From: Planctomycetota bacterium
GTDB lineage: Bacteria; Planctomycetota; UBA8108; SXIK01
Assembly: GCA_965223265.1 (NCBI GenBank)
Contig: OZ244999.1
Location: forward strand, 9,024,001-9,088,000
Direction of reading: 5' to 3'
DNA: 64,000 nt
Both the position numbers and the translations under genes were made by a program. Numbering within the stretch: the first letter of the stretch is position 1; every line of letters starts with the position of its first letter. The notes beneath the pieces were generated by a model. It searched no databases. It had not been told where the DNA came from and worked only from the letters and a program-made list of their open reading frames with translations. Positions 48,550-58,541 of this stretch are shown here, piece after piece.

Positions 48550-51500
48550 ATGAACGTATCCGCACCCACGCGACCGCAGCCACCGCCGGTCGAGAGTCAA
48601 CACCTTATCAACCAGCGATACGCGGTCGAGAGGCAACTCGGCCGAGGCGGGATGGGGACTGTCTACTTGGTGCGTGACTTGCGCCACCACGGCGCCTTGC
48701 GAGCGTTGAAGCAAGTACGTTCTGGGCCGAGTAGTGAACAGAACACAGTCACGTTGCGCAATGAGTTTCTCGCCCTGAGTCGTCTCCACCATCCGAATCT
48801 CATGCGGGTGCACGACTTCGGAGTGGATCGGCGTTGTGAGTCGGCCTTCTTCACGTGTGAATTTCTCGAAGGCGTCAGTTGGCTTGCAGCCCAGAAGAAA
48901 TGGGCGAAGGCAGGGCAGTTCGAGAATCTCGTCGCAACAACGATTCACGTCCTCCGTGCGCTCGAGTTTGTTCACAGCTGTGGCTTTGTGCACAGCGACA
49001 TGAAGCCCGACAATGTCGTGATCTGCACTGCTACCGAGGGCGCGTCCGCGGTCGTCGCCAAGCTGATCGATTTCGGTTTGGCGAAGCGCGAGCGTCAAAG
49101 CAGCGGAAAGAAGATTCTTGGAACGCCCTACTACGTGGCGCCCGAAACGATCCTCGGCTACCCGGTGGATCGCCGTTCGGATCTCTACTCGCTTGGGGTC
49201 GTGCTGTATCAACTTGTCACTGGCTCGCCGCCCTTCGTCGGCGAAGACAATCTGACGATTCTCAAGAGCCACGTAGAGCACCCCGCACCCGATCCGTGTC
49301 TGAAGAACGCGGCCGTGCCCTCCGTGTTTGGTGGCATCATCCGACGGCTCCTGGCAAAGAAGGCCGACGATCGATTTCAAAGCGCTGCGGAGGTGGTTGA
49401 AGCCATCAACGCCGCTGGGCTGGACGATGCATCTCTTGAGACCGAAGAGACCGTCAAAGCGTACCTTCGACGCGGATGGCTTGGGGGGCGGGAGAGCGAA
49501 CTTCGCTTCCTACTCGAGGTGACTCGAGAGGCGGTGACACCGAAAAACGATACTGAAGCCTCTGCGTCGAAGGGGCGCTCTAACCCGTTTCGTCGTCGTA
49601 CTCCAAAGGCACCAGGAAATGTGTCAGTGCCGGCTGGCCGCTGTGTGCTCGTTCGCGCGCGGCATGGTAGTGGCAGTCGGCAGTTGCTCGATCGAGTTCG
49701 CGCGGCGGTACAAATCGATGGCGTGACGGTTGTCGATGTGCAGTGCGGAGGTGGAGCTGAGGACGGTATAGACGATTTGAGGCGCTTGCTCGACGGCGTC
49801 GTCGAGTGTGACGCCGATAGTGTTATCAGTTCGGCCAAGGCTGCCGCCCGAGTTGTCGGTGCGATAGGAGAAGTCGACCGAGACACTTCGAAGGTGCAGC
49901 TGCGCGAAGCTCTCAGCGTGTTGGCGTCGGCTGTTTTTGCGGCCAGCAGTGAGCGGCCGATCGTGCTTTTCCTCCGGGACCTATCCGCTGCTAGCCTACC
50001 GATCGTCTGGGTACTGCGTGCCCTCCTACATCTGGCGGCATCCGGGGATGGCAACGTGCACTTTCTTTTAGTTGCCACGCTTTCAGACCACATCGACTCT
50101 CAGGGCGAGGCGTTCTCTCAGCTCGCTCTCGATCGTGAGTTTCGACGCAGCGTCGCTGAAATGAAGGTTTCTGCGCTTTCGCGAGAGGGGGTCGATCGTG
50201 CGATTCGGAGTGTGTTCGGTAACTTGAAGCACGATGCGGCGTTTTTGAGTGCAGTGCATGAAGAGAGTGATGGAGACATCCGTGTCGTCATTAGGATTTT
50301 GTCGGTGCTTTTCCAGCAAGGAAGAATCATCCGACGAGCGCGTGGCTGGTCCTTGAGTGAAGACTTTGATGTCGTAGCCATACCAGGCAAGGTTCGCAGT
50401 GAACTGCGGCAGAAGCTCCGCCGCCTCCCCGAAACTGCGCGCAACGTCGCAGCAGCACTTGCGTGCATGCGAACGACGTACGATCTCCCGGTTGCATCGG
50501 AGGCTGCAGGACTCGATGCGGAGGAATCTCAGTCGATTCTAGCTACGCTTCTGGAGGCTGGGATCCTGAACATTGTCGAAGAGGGAGGTTCGGGCACGCA
50601 GTACGCTTTCGCGCACAACGGCGCGAAGAGCCTTCTTTATGGCTCCATTGCGAGCGACAGGCGTGGAGAGGTTCACGAGCGCCTGGGGCGACTCTTCGAA
50701 CGGTTCGGGAAGGAGCGCCACTCGCTTGACTATCGCGAGCTCGCCCATCACTACTTGCGAGCAAGAAACCGGAGAAAGGCGATCGAGTATGCGATCGAAG
50801 CGGCGCGGGACTACGCCCGCGAACATCGATTCGTCGACGCGGTTGCGACGTACGAGAAGATCCTCGGTTTGTTGACGGACGACGACCAAGCGCCGCGTTT
50901 CTTGGTTCGCCGCGAAATGGCTGCGCTGAAACTCGTCGCCGGAGACTATCAGCGCGCAGCGTCTCTCTTTGGGGAATGCGTCGCGGAGGGTCGAGGGGAA
51001 GGCCGGGATCTGTTCGACCCGGGTCATGTTCTCGCTGCAGAGATCGGACTTGCCCGCGCTGCTACGACGCTCGGTGATGTGGACACAGCCGTCGCGACTC
51101 TCAAGCATCTGTCCACTCTTGAACTTGACGCTGGACTACAGGCTCGAGTCGAGATCGAGCGTGCGGTCCTGTGGCTGAGCCAGGATCGGTTCGTCGAGGC
51201 GCTACGATGTTGCCGTGAAGCGCTTGGTTTGTTGACGGCGGAAGAGCACCCGATGTTGTGCTCCGAAGCCTTGTCGCTCAGCGCAGAGAGCCTCTGTGGT
51301 TTGAACGACCGACAATCGGCTGAGGATTGTTGCCAGCATGCATTGCGGCTAATCGAAGGGTTAAGAGACGAACGCAATTGGGCCCAGAGCGCCTACATCC
51401 GCTCACGACTCTACTTTTTTCGTCGTCGGTATCCGGAGAGCTTGGAGCAGCTAGATTTGGCTCTGAGCCTTTGGAGGGAACTTCGAGCTTACGATAGGCA

Positions 51501-52704
51501 GGCTGAGTGTCTCGCTCATATTGGGGAAATGCTTTGCGTCATGGGACAGTCGAATGAGGCGGAGGCGCGGTTGAAGAAGTCGCGTGCGGTGTTCAGACGC
51601 ACGCGAAACCGACGCGCGACCTTGCATGCGCTCACGTCTCTTGGAGAGGCGAAGCGGTCGCTTGGAAAGCACCGCGAAGCGCGAAGGGTTCTGTCGGACG
51701 CGATCGATCTGGCGCGGAAGTTGGGCTGCGCTGAAGGGGTACGACGTGCTGAAGTCGCAATGGCCGAGACCTATCTCGACGTGGGGAGGTTCTCCGCGAT
51801 GAGTCGCCATCTTCACGATTCGTCCGGAGGTGAGGACTCGAGGACACAAAACGGCTTGCGTCGGTGTCACCTGTCAAGTATAGCCGCGCGGCAAATGGGC
51901 GAGATGGAACCAGCAATTCGGTCGGCTGAGAGGGGACTGCAAATTGCGAGAGAGGTCAGTGAACCGCTCAGCGAGGCTATGTTTCTCCATGAGGCGGCGC
52001 TGTGCCGATACGTTTTAGGTCAGCGACGCCAAGCTGGAAAGCATGTGGCGTCGCTGCTGCGTCTTGGCGAGAGCTACGGATTTGACAGGTGGAGTGGGAA
52101 CGGCAGAATCGTCGAGGCCCTCTTGCACGAGGCGGACGATCGACCAGAAGCTGCGGACAGCTCGTACGCCTACGCTACAGAAGATCTGCGCCGATCGGGT
52201 GATGAAAAGAGTTTGTGTAGGCTCTATCTCGAATTCGGGGTCTTTTGTCTGCGGCGCGGCGACTTTGAGCAAGCGTATCTGAACATCCAGGAAGGCTCGT
52301 ACTTGGCGGAGAAGCTTCAATCGAGATTCCTCATGTGTCGATTTCTTTGGGCGACGGCGCATATGAACCGCTCTGTGGCCGGCGCGCCGAGTGACGAATC
52401 AATGGAGCAGTTGAGGCGAACTCACAAGCAGGCCACTGAAGTTGGCTTCTCCGAGTTAGCGTGGAGAATCGAGTGCGACCTAGGACTTTGGCTCAACGAG
52501 CGAGGCGAGTCAGATCAGGCTGTGGTCAGCTTCAATCAGGCTTTGACGGCTGCAGAGGAAGTTGTTCGAAAGTTGCCGCCAGCGTGGCGGCACACCTATC
52601 TGCACGGCGCCCATGGTTCCGAGCTCAGAGAGGCGTTGAACGTCTTGCCCTCGCTGAAGGGCCGGGCGCCCACCGTCGGTTCTGTCTTGGGGCTAGCCGA
52701 GTAA
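48550..52704 (+). CDS. Ser/Thr protein kinase fused to degenerate AAA/STAND-like NTPase and TPR region
   Basis: LGRGGMGTVY, ALK, HPNL, HSDMKPDN, DFG, GTPYYVAPE, SDLYSLG; then GRESEL, VLFLRDL, ELAHHY and TPR helices. Confidence 0.92.
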   Translation: MNVSAPTRPQPPPVESQHLINQRYAVERQLGRGGMGTVYLVRDLRHHGALRALKQVRSGPSSEQNTVTLRNEFLALSRLHHPNLMRVHDFGVDRRCESAFFTCEFLEGVSWLAAQKKWAKAGQFENLVATTIHVLRALEFVHSCGFVHSDMKPDNVVICTATEGASAVVAKLIDFGLAKRERQSSGKKILGTPYYVAPETILGYPVDRRSDLYSLGVVLYQLVTGSPPFVGEDNLTILKSHVEHPAPDPCLKNAAVPSVFGGIIRRLLAKKADDRFQSAAEVVEAINAAGLDDASLETEETVKAYLRRGWLGGRESELRFLLEVTREAVTPKNDTEASASKGRSNPFRRRTPKAPGNVSVPAGRCVLVRARHGSGSRQLLDRVRAAVQIDGVTVVDVQCGGGAEDGIDDLRRLLDGVVECDADSVISSAKAAARVVGAIGEVDRDTSKVQLREALSVLASAVFAASSERPIVLFLRDLSAASLPIVWVLRALLHLAASGDGNVHFLLVATLSDHIDSQGEAFSQLALDREFRRSVAEMKVSALSREGVDRAIRSVFGNLKHDAAFLSAVHEESDGDIRVVIRILSVLFQQGRIIRRARGWSLSEDFDVVAIPGKVRSELRQKLRRLPETARNVAAALACMRTTYDLPVASEAAGLDAEESQSILATLLEAGILNIVEEGGSGTQYAFAHNGAKSLLYGSIASDRRGEVHERLGRLFERFGKERHSLDYRELAHHYLRARNRRKAIEYAIEAARDYAREHRFVDAVATYEKILGLLTDDDQAPRFLVRREMAALKLVAGDYQRAASLFGECVAEGRGEGRDLFDPGHVLAAEIGLARAATTLGDVDTAVATLKHLSTLELDAGLQARVEIERAVLWLSQDRFVEALRCCREALGLLTAEEHPMLCSEALSLSAESLCGLNDRQSAEDCCQHALRLIEGLRDERNWAQSAYIRSRLYFFRRRYPESLEQLDLALSLWRELRAYDRQAECLAHIGEMLCVMGQSNEAEARLKKSRAVFRRTRNRRATLHALTSLGEAKRSLGKHREARRVLSDAIDLARKLGCAEGVRRAEVAMAETYLDVGRFSAMSRHLHDSSGGEDSRTQNGLRRCHLSSIAARQMGEMEPAIRSAERGLQIAREVSEPLSEAMFLHEAALCRYVLGQRRQAGKHVASLLRLGESYGFDRWSGNGRIVEALLHEADDRPEAADSSYAYATEDLRRSGDEKSLCRLYLEFGVFCLRRGDFEQAYLNIQEGSYLAEKLQSRFLMCRFLWATAHMNRSVAGAPSDESMEQLRRTHKQATEVGFSELAWRIECDLGLWLNERGESDQAVVSFNQALTAAEEVVRKLPPAWRHTYLHGAHGSELREALNVLPSLKGRAPTVGSVLGLAE

Positions 52705-53006
52705 GTCCCCGAGTCGATTGGCTGCAAATGTCCGGGGCAGTCCTCGACGCTGCGAGTGGCGTCGGTCGACGCATCAAGCATGTGAATTCTTTCTCCACCT
52801 TCGTTCTCTTTCGTTCAAAGAATAGAAGAGGAATCGAACAGAAGAGAACAGAGACAATGAAGGCCGGAGTCGGAACCCCATTGCTGCAGAAAAGAAGCGC
52901 TTGGTGCGATGACTTCACCGTGCCTGTCGAGCGGGCGCGCGAAATATGCAAGTGGGGCCTGGTTCGTCGAGCCCAACGCCGCGCCGCTTCGTCGCAAGCG
53001 CCAGCG

Positions 53007-54740
53007 TCAGAACGTAGGCTCTTCAGACTCCTCCATGATACTTTCGAGCTCCGTGAGTACTTGCGTCTCACCTGTCTCTTCCGCGTCGTCTGGGTCCCGC
53101 TCATGGAGGTCTTCGTTCTCCAGGCCGAAGTCTGCATCGGCATCGATGACTTGCGTGCTCCCGAAATCGCTGCTGTCATCTAGCTCGGCCACGACTTGTG
53201 TGTCCAAGGAGTTGTTCTCGGCCGGCAACGCGATCTCCCGGGTATCGTCCTTCGTTTGCCCAAGAGGTTCGAGGACGGCCGTGTCCGAAAAATCGTCGAC
53301 TGGTTGCGCCTCGGGTTCGTCTGGCTGCGGACGTCGCTCAGGTGTCGGGGGAGTTCTTGCTGGGGACTTCGGCGCCACGTCTTCCGGTGTCGCGGGAGCG
53401 AAGAGAGCTTCGCCGACGACACCTATGACAGCCGTTTCGGCGAAACTATCCTCCCGAGCCTGAGTCGGCAGCGAGGTTGGAGGTTTTGCCTCAACGCGCT
53501 TCTTCGGCGGTGTGACCTCCGCAGTAGCTGACGCGCGTTGCTTCGAGGCGGACGTGACCGGTTCCGGTGGGTTTTGGGGTGCGAGGTGGTTCGCTTTGGG
53601 TCGCACGGGAACGGTCGAGACCGTCGCGCTTCGGCGGTGTGGTTCAATCAGCTCGTCCGAAGCCACTTCTTTCGCCCGAGACTCCTCGGTGCCCGATTGA
53701 CGCTGAACCGGGGCGTCGTCTGACATCCAGGCGAGCGGCTCGACTTTCTCATCCTTTGCGGCGGTCGACTCGGCCGCTCGAGCTGTTTGTTGTTGCTCAG
53801 ATTCGAATTCGAGGTCTGTCTCGTCGACACCGGTCACCGCGCAGTCCTCTTCGTCATCGCCTGAGGCATCGTACGTCGTCTCGAGTACGGGAGCTGGTGC
53901 TTCAGCGGTTTCGTCGTCGTCGGGTGCTAGCTCTTGAGCGGCGCTTCTGGGCGCTGCGGAGGTGCTACGCTGACGAAGAAGTAGGAAAGCGCCAATCCCG
54001 AGCGCCCCAGACACTGCGAAGAGGGCAAAGATGAGCGCGATGATTTGCGTCGTCGTAAAGCCAGAAACGTCTTGCGCAGCCTTTTGTTGTATCGACTTTG
54101 GCTCCGAGTAAGAGTCCTCCCTTGTCTCCCCGTCTGCGATTTCGTTGCCGGTGTTCGGACTAGGAGGTAGACGTTCCGTGCGCCGGTTCTGGGTTCGGCT
54201 GTTCCAGATCTGGATCGATTTCCGAGCCCGTTCACGCACCAACTGATCCTTGAGATCGGAAAGAACCTGGCTCACCTCGGAAGCGTCAATCGAGTTGAGT
54301 AGATCTGCATCTTCTGGAAAATCTCTGCGACTTCCGATTTCGAGTAAAGTCTTCGTGAGAAGCGACCGGATCTCGTCGTACGATCGCTGCAGACGGTCAT
54401 AGTTGCGTTCGGTTTGATGGAGTTGTTCCTCGAGAGATGTCTTCTCGCTGACCAGACGATCGACGTCGCGCTCTCGGACGGCCAATTGGGCCGAGCATTG
54501 GTTGGCGTCCTGCTGATGGGCTTGGCTGTTGAATCGGTGGGTGTTCAGCTCCTTCGCCAGCTGCTCTGACTCTTTGAGCGCATTGACGAGTGCTTCCTGC
54601 TTTTTTTGGTTCTCCTTGCGCAGCTCCTTATTCTCTCTGTCCATGACAGAGATCAGGCGTGGTGTCGCGCAGGAAGGAATCAAAAGGATGAAGCCGACCG
54701 CCAACGTGTAAGTTAGGCGTCGCGAGATCGTTGTACACAT
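53007..54740 (-). CDS. Hypothetical lipoprotein-like protein: coiled coil, single TM, acidic disordered tail
   Basis: Lipobox-like LLIPSC; long heptad-rich segment; TM IIALIFALFAVSGALGIGAFLLL; D/E/P/T-rich C-terminus. Confidence 0.75.
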   Translation of the reverse strand: MCTTISRRLTYTLAVGFILLIPSCATPRLISVMDRENKELRKENQKKQEALVNALKESEQLAKELNTHRFNSQAHQQDANQCSAQLAVRERDVDRLVSEKTSLEEQLHQTERNYDRLQRSYDEIRSLLTKTLLEIGSRRDFPEDADLLNSIDASEVSQVLSDLKDQLVRERARKSIQIWNSRTQNRRTERLPPSPNTGNEIADGETREDSYSEPKSIQQKAAQDVSGFTTTQIIALIFALFAVSGALGIGAFLLLRQRSTSAAPRSAAQELAPDDDETAEAPAPVLETTYDASGDDEEDCAVTGVDETDLEFESEQQQTARAAESTAAKDEKVEPLAWMSDDAPVQRQSGTEESRAKEVASDELIEPHRRSATVSTVPVRPKANHLAPQNPPEPVTSASKQRASATAEVTPPKKRVEAKPPTSLPTQAREDSFAETAVIGVVGEALFAPATPEDVAPKSPARTPPTPERRPQPDEPEAQPVDDFSDTAVLEPLGQTKDDTREIALPAENNSLDTQVVAELDDSSDFGSTQVIDADADFGLENEDLHERDPDDAEETGETQVLTELESIMEESEEPTF

Positions 54741-55084
54741 CTGTGACGGTTACGCATCAGTCTCGGGTAAGAGCATTGCGCAGAAGTATACAACACTGCG
54801 GGCGCGGTGGCGTCCGACGAGCGCCGAGTGGCCGAGTAGAACAAGTTTCCCAAGTCTTGAAGTCGAAACTGCTTGAAGAAGAGCCTCTCAGTGAACTCGA
54901 TCCCTCCCTCGGCTTTTTCGTTGGGAGTCGAGGTCAAGTGATTGGGACTTGTCCTACGATAAAGAGGTGGATCGTCCGACGGCGAGCGTACCGAGTCTGG
55001 ACAACACACGTTATGGGATGCTTGCGGTTCTGACAGCGGCTGCGCCAGGCATACTCTTGAGTTTCTCATCCACACCACGGCAGT

Positions 55085-57781
55085 GTGGCAATCGTCGTAG
55101 TCAGCGACGGGTCAGACGTGAGTCGAACGCGAAGCCCTTTGTCATCGAGGAAGTCTCTGGCAACCAGCGCGCTTGTCGTGGCCGGTGCATCGTGGTTCTT
55201 GGGGATTAGCTCGGTCGGCCGAGCAGTTGACGGTCCGCTCTACGATGTTCTGTTGAGGAGCCGTAATCGCTTGCGCACTCAACCGGCCGCGGTCGTCGTG
55301 GTCGAGGTGCCGCCGGAGCGCCGTGACGATGCGAGGTTCGTGGCCAAGCTCACGCGAGACGTGGCAGCACTCTCGCCAGCGGGCATCGCATTCGTGGAAC
55401 CCCTAACGAGCGACCCTGAGGCGTATCGTTTCGAAAGTTCCACGGTTGTTCCGATCATCTTGGGGCAACCCATCGCGTCCGATCCGTTTACACCTCACCT
55501 TAAGCGACTCAAGCCTCTTCCCGCAACGCTGGTTGGTGCGCCTCACATGCAGTTCGGCGCTACTGGCGTGCCAAGCACGAGCGGCGGTGTAGTGAGGGAG
55601 CAGCACAGAAAGATCTCAACGAATGAGGAAGTTCACTTGACACTCGAGGCGGTGATTGCGGCCGCAGAGGGCATCGTGTCTCCCGTGGGTGAACCATCTT
55701 TTCTCGTGAGTTTCAGAGGATCTGGCGGATCTCTTCCAACGCTGCAAGCGGGCCAACTGGAGAATCTTGCTAGCAGCATCATCGAAGGTCGATGGGTGTT
55801 GATTGGGATCGCTGACGATCCCTACACGCCTCGATTGACAGTGCCAACTTCCTCGTCCATGTCGCGACTGGAGTACTACGGCCACAGCGCGAATACACTC
55901 TTGACGAATTCAGAAATAGTTTTGTTGCCAAATATCGCGCGCGTTGCAGTGTTGATACTCTTGGCGTTGGTCGTCAGTTCGTGCGTCAGACGTTTCGAGA
56001 TCCGCATCTCTTCTTGGATTGCGATTGGAACCGTCGGCTCGATTCTCCTGGCCGGGTTTTCACTGTTTGTGCTCTTCGGAATCTGGTCGCCGGTCTTAGA
56101 AGTCGCGACTTGTGCAGGAGTTCTCTACGTCTCCGGACTTCGGCAACGCGCCGCAGACGCGACTCGAGCTACGAAGGATCTGATCGCCGATGCGTCTAGT
56201 CATCTTCAAGAACGTTATTGGGCCTCGAGTTTGTACAGCACTAAATCAACGTGGACTCTGATCGCGCATCTCATCAATCAGACACTTGACGTCAATCGAG
56301 TTATTTTTCTCGAAGCCAACACCGACACACACCGGCTCACCGAGATCGTCGCTCTGAACTCCTCGCTCGGTGACATTGTAGAAGCCCGGAGAGATTATCG
56401 ACGGTCGCCGTACGTCGATGCGATCGACAATAAGGGGCCGATCAAGGTGAAATCGTACCTAGCAGCCAAAGATGAAGAGGAGATCCAGTTTCTTTGCCCG
56501 TTGATGTTCTCCGGTCGTCTACTTGGTTTTTGGGCGTTAGGAATTGATGGAGAACGACTGAGCTCTGATGCGAATTTTTATTCCATTCTTCGGGACTACA
56601 CGCTTCGGATTAGCGAACTCCTGTATCACTACCAAAGCATCTCTAAATCAGTTGAGATTTCGCGCGAGGAATTCGCTTTTGGGGCTGTCTTCGAATCACT
56701 TCGATCGACTCTCGATCTGCTTCAGTATCGTCTAGAGACCGTCGAGGTGTCCTTCAACAAGATCAGCTCCGGAATTCTTGTGTTCGACGTGTTTGGGCGG
56801 TTGCTGCAAAGCAATCGGCAGATGGATGAGATTCTCAACAAGGAGGGAATCAACGACACTGATTTCACCGCGTTGGACGTACTCATTGCTCTGAGCGACC
56901 TGGATATCGCTCGATGCCGCGATATTCTGCGCCGCGTCATCGTTGATAATTCTCCAACGACGTTGCCCGTTCGACTGCGCTCGGCCTCTACTTCGAGGTT
57001 CATCGTTCATCTCAAACCTCTATCAGAGGAAAAGTCGGCGGAGGGAGCATTCATTGGGCGGGTGGGGGCGAAGAGCATCTTGTTCGAGCTGGTCGATACG
57101 ACTGCGGCGTCGAAAATCGGTGAGATGAAATCTAGATTGACTGACAAATTGGGCGTGCAGATTCGAGAGGAGCTTGCGTCCATTGAAATGGCCGCGTCGC
57201 TTCTTGAGCGAGGATCACGGGCGCAGGACGTTCGAGATAATCTTCACTCAACGATTAGAACTCGAGTTGGAAGAGCGATATCGACTGTCACAGAGTGCCG
57301 GCAGTTTTTGAACATCAACCGCGACCTGGGCGATCTTCAGAGATTTCCGGTCGATCTGAGGCCTTCCATCCGTGAGGCGACCGAGCTCGTGAGTCGTTTG
57401 GCACAGGAGCGGGGCCTGCGGCTCGAGGTGACTCAGCCAAATTTTGTTAGCTTCGTGCTGGCGTCCTCAAGTGCTTTAACCAAAGTGATCGCCTCGATTC
57501 TTCGCCTTCTGTGCCAGGACGCAACGGATCATTCCGTTGTCTCGATTCGACTGGAAGAGGGAGAGTTCGACCTGCAGCTGAGCCTTGAGAACGTAGGGTT
57601 CGGGATTCCCGACGAGATCATGCAGGAGTACGTGCATGGGAGCGAACAGGGAAGTTCATCCGAGATGGAGGAGATTCAGAGCGCGACGCGACGCATCGAG
57701 TCTTGGGGCGGAACCTTGGAGGCGACGAGCGGAGTTGGGATTGGCATGCGCTTTAGTCTTCGTTTGGCAAAGTTCCTGTAA
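55085..57781 (+). CDS. CHASE2-domain sensor with GAF/PAS-like and degenerate histidine-kinase domains
   Basis: YDVLL..., GVVRE, IIEGRWVLIG, YYGHSANTLL (CHASE2-like), 3 TMs, GILVFDVFGRLLQSN (PAS-like), ENVGFGIP and WGGTLEATSGVGIG (HATPase-like). Start uncertain. Confidence 0.75.
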   Translation: MAIVVVSDGSDVSRTRSPLSSRKSLATSALVVAGASWFLGISSVGRAVDGPLYDVLLRSRNRLRTQPAAVVVVEVPPERRDDARFVAKLTRDVAALSPAGIAFVEPLTSDPEAYRFESSTVVPIILGQPIASDPFTPHLKRLKPLPATLVGAPHMQFGATGVPSTSGGVVREQHRKISTNEEVHLTLEAVIAAAEGIVSPVGEPSFLVSFRGSGGSLPTLQAGQLENLASSIIEGRWVLIGIADDPYTPRLTVPTSSSMSRLEYYGHSANTLLTNSEIVLLPNIARVAVLILLALVVSSCVRRFEIRISSWIAIGTVGSILLAGFSLFVLFGIWSPVLEVATCAGVLYVSGLRQRAADATRATKDLIADASSHLQERYWASSLYSTKSTWTLIAHLINQTLDVNRVIFLEANTDTHRLTEIVALNSSLGDIVEARRDYRRSPYVDAIDNKGPIKVKSYLAAKDEEEIQFLCPLMFSGRLLGFWALGIDGERLSSDANFYSILRDYTLRISELLYHYQSISKSVEISREEFAFGAVFESLRSTLDLLQYRLETVEVSFNKISSGILVFDVFGRLLQSNRQMDEILNKEGINDTDFTALDVLIALSDLDIARCRDILRRVIVDNSPTTLPVRLRSASTSRFIVHLKPLSEEKSAEGAFIGRVGAKSILFELVDTTAASKIGEMKSRLTDKLGVQIREELASIEMAASLLERGSRAQDVRDNLHSTIRTRVGRAISTVTECRQFLNINRDLGDLQRFPVDLRPSIREATELVSRLAQERGLRLEVTQPNFVSFVLASSSALTKVIASILRLLCQDATDHSVVSIRLEEGEFDLQLSLENVGFGIPDEIMQEYVHGSEQGSSSEMEEIQSATRRIESWGGTLEATSGVGIGMRFSLRLAKFL

Positions 57782-57903
57782 CCTCGAATTTCGCCATTCG
57801 CGCCGGCCTGGCCGGACGAGTTTCGCGGGGATTCAGAGCCTTTTCGACTTCTTTGTTCCCTGAGAACCCTTGTGCATGTTCAAAAACTCCCGTCCGGCCC
57901 TTC

Positions 57904-58003
57904 GGGAACGCCAGGAGCGCCGATGCCTGCGCCCGTCCTCCGCCACGACCCGAGCGGGATCGCGTAGTCGTCGCTCCTTGGCCTCGACGCTCCTGGCGTT
58001 CCC
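57904..58003. other. Long intergenic inverted repeat (candidate structured RNA/DNA element)
   Basis: GGGAACGCCAGGAGCG (57904-57919) and CGCTCCTGGCGTTCCC (57988-58003) are a perfect 16-bp IR, extendable to about 24 bp. Confidence 0.6.
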
Positions 58004-58541
58004 AGGCTCGAAGCACTTTTTCAACGGGCTGGTAAAGCAGTCGCTCGAGGCGCTCTGACCTGGACGTGGACGGAAACCGGACGCCAAAGATTCTCGGCAA
58101 GGCGCGGGGCGGTTTCCACGAAGAGGTGGCGAGTCCTGACGTTCTTGTTCCCTTTCAGCGCAGCCGTGATCTGTTATCGGCAACGCTCGTCGTTCACGTA
58201 CTCGTGCGCGTCGAGCCGATACTTCGAACGTGACTTCATCTCTTAGCTAGTACTTTCTATGAGTTCCGTCGCGAGACGCTCAGGCTCGTGTTGTGACAAG
58301 TTGTGAGCGTCCGATGTCGCTGTCTCGAAACGAGTTGCAGGCCACGACGCGCCAGCACTCAACACCGAACTGACGCTTGTGACATGACGGCACGACCTCT
58401 GCGTCGTGGTGGGAGCTCGGAGGGAGTACGCGCTGGCGTCGACGGCCATGGCATGCGATCGCCGTCGACTATGCGCACGTGTTTGGAGTCTCTCCGTGCA
58501 CACGGCAGGTTTCGTTGTAGCCCAAGGTGTAAAGCAAAGCG

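Noticed and set aside
48487-49380. Long antisense ORFs (also 13906-15003, 5227-6192, 31482-32093)
   Set aside because: Shadow frames opposite well-supported genes, expected in GC-rich DNA.
52803-52849. Imperfect AT-rich inverted repeat GTTCTCTT..GTTC / GAAC..AAGAGAAC between convergent genes
   Set aside because: Weak stem with a large loop; may be a bidirectional terminator but not supportable as a feature.
58068-58100. GGAAACCGGACGCCAAAG resembling part of a c-di-GMP-I riboswitch
   Set aside because: Lacks the GGCAAAC-stem-GNRA-GGGACGCAAAG arrangement; only a partial resemblance.
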